The notes under the pieces are model-generated. The model did not search any database, had not been told where the DNA came from, and worked only from the letters and a program-made list of their open reading frames with translations. The position numbers and the translations under genes are program-made. From assembly GCA_051362555.1 (NCBI GenBank), contig CM120642.1, positions 7,316,001-7,380,000 of the forward strand: a DNA stretch of 64,000 bases, read 5' to 3'. Numbering within the stretch: position 1 is the first letter of the stretch; every line of letters starts with the position of its first letter. This DNA is from Lingula anatina. Lineage: Eukaryota; Animalia; Brachiopoda. This document shows positions 62,924 to 64,000 of the stretch, piece by piece.

Positions 62924-64000
62924 ATTTTGCACTTGAGTTTAGGGTTATATGATGCCTTGATGATAATTTTATCAGTTAGAATCTATTCCTGAATTGTCAA
63001 TCTCTCCTTCCCTGCCTCATATAGCTAGCATAGCATAATAGTTTGTAGGCCATTTGGCATTTGTTTGAATTCACTGATGCGTACAGTAAAATTTACTTGG
63101 AGAAATTAATAATAATGTTAATAATGAATTCACACTAAGTTACCTAGAACAACCCAAGTATACTACTTCACCTTAGCTGACTGGCCTGCCATTCAGTTTA
63201 ATGGTCTCCTTAACACGAGTCTTATGCTTTAATACTTGTAAGTCTACTTAAAACCTGTGTCCTGTGCCAATCTCTGAAGGCAGAAGTGCAGCGGGATTGG
63301 AGAAAAAAATATAATAGGTTTCCATGTCCAGAATCATTGACATTTAAGATAAAAGGGTTATGTTGTTAGCTGTGCAAATATTCATTGAACCAAGCTTCTT
63401 TTGGACTTGTACAGATTTGAGATGCTATCAGACAACTGTCTGTGTCTATAGCTAGCAAACTTGGCTACATTCACTCAGCTTCCTATTCTGGGCGTGCATG
63501 ATCCGGTCCCATTGTGATGCATCTGTCCCCAAGCAAATTTGTGTGCATGACTTTTCAAGCTACATGAATGTTTACCCCCCCCCCCCCATTTATTATTTAC
63601 TACCACTGGGGAAGTAAATTGAGGAAAATAATGTGAAATATATCTCAGCTCCCTATTATAATTGTAACCAAAATATCCATGGTCAAGAGGCAGGTGCAGT
63701 GGAGTATGGGCGTAACCTTGATTGCAATCAGTTTGAAATTGATTGTTTTATCATGTACCAAAGTACTTGCCGTTCTCAGTGCCCTCTTTATTTGAATGTT
63801 GATGTTGCACATTGTAATTTGGATGGTTTGAATACAGCCTTCTCCCTCATACCCCTTTTAAATTTTCAAAAGTGTTTTTGGCAAAGTATTCAATGACTTT
63901 AGTAAAACAATCACTAGGGAGTGATATTAAAAATTTACTAGGTCAGACAATACCTAAGCTGCTTTTTCTGCAAAAACGTGGAATTCTGCATTTTTAAATT

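Overview
AT-rich metazoan (invertebrate-type) genomic DNA, not prokaryotic. (1) 1-9531 is a tandem array of ~6 copies of a 1.5-1.64 kb unit that continues off the left edge and contains a 3132-bp two-unit higher-order duplication. Each unit carries what looks like a decayed, intronless ~380-codon + strand gene (stop followed almost immediately by AATAAA) and two degenerate tRNA-like, RNA-polymerase-III-type (A-box/B-box/oligo-T) cassettes on the - strand, one with a 3' hairpin tail. (2) ~9.5-37 kb is CpG-rich intergenic DNA with many non-autonomous transposons: HINE/Helentron-type elements, a PIF/Harbinger-type MITE family (7 copies in the window, one nested in another) and Ginger-like elements. 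(3) From ~37 kb the DNA is CpG-depleted and holds the large first coding exon of an adenylate cyclase type 9 orthologue (42015-43449; TM1-6 plus C1a). A >20 kb intron follows, containing a 3.5 kb HINE with 146-bp internal repeats rich in DR1 nuclear-receptor motifs, a Penelope-type minimal hammerhead ribozyme, long hairpin MITEs and a G4-forming minisatellite. Nearly all short ORFs in the supplied track look spurious. All calls were made by eye; no searches were run.
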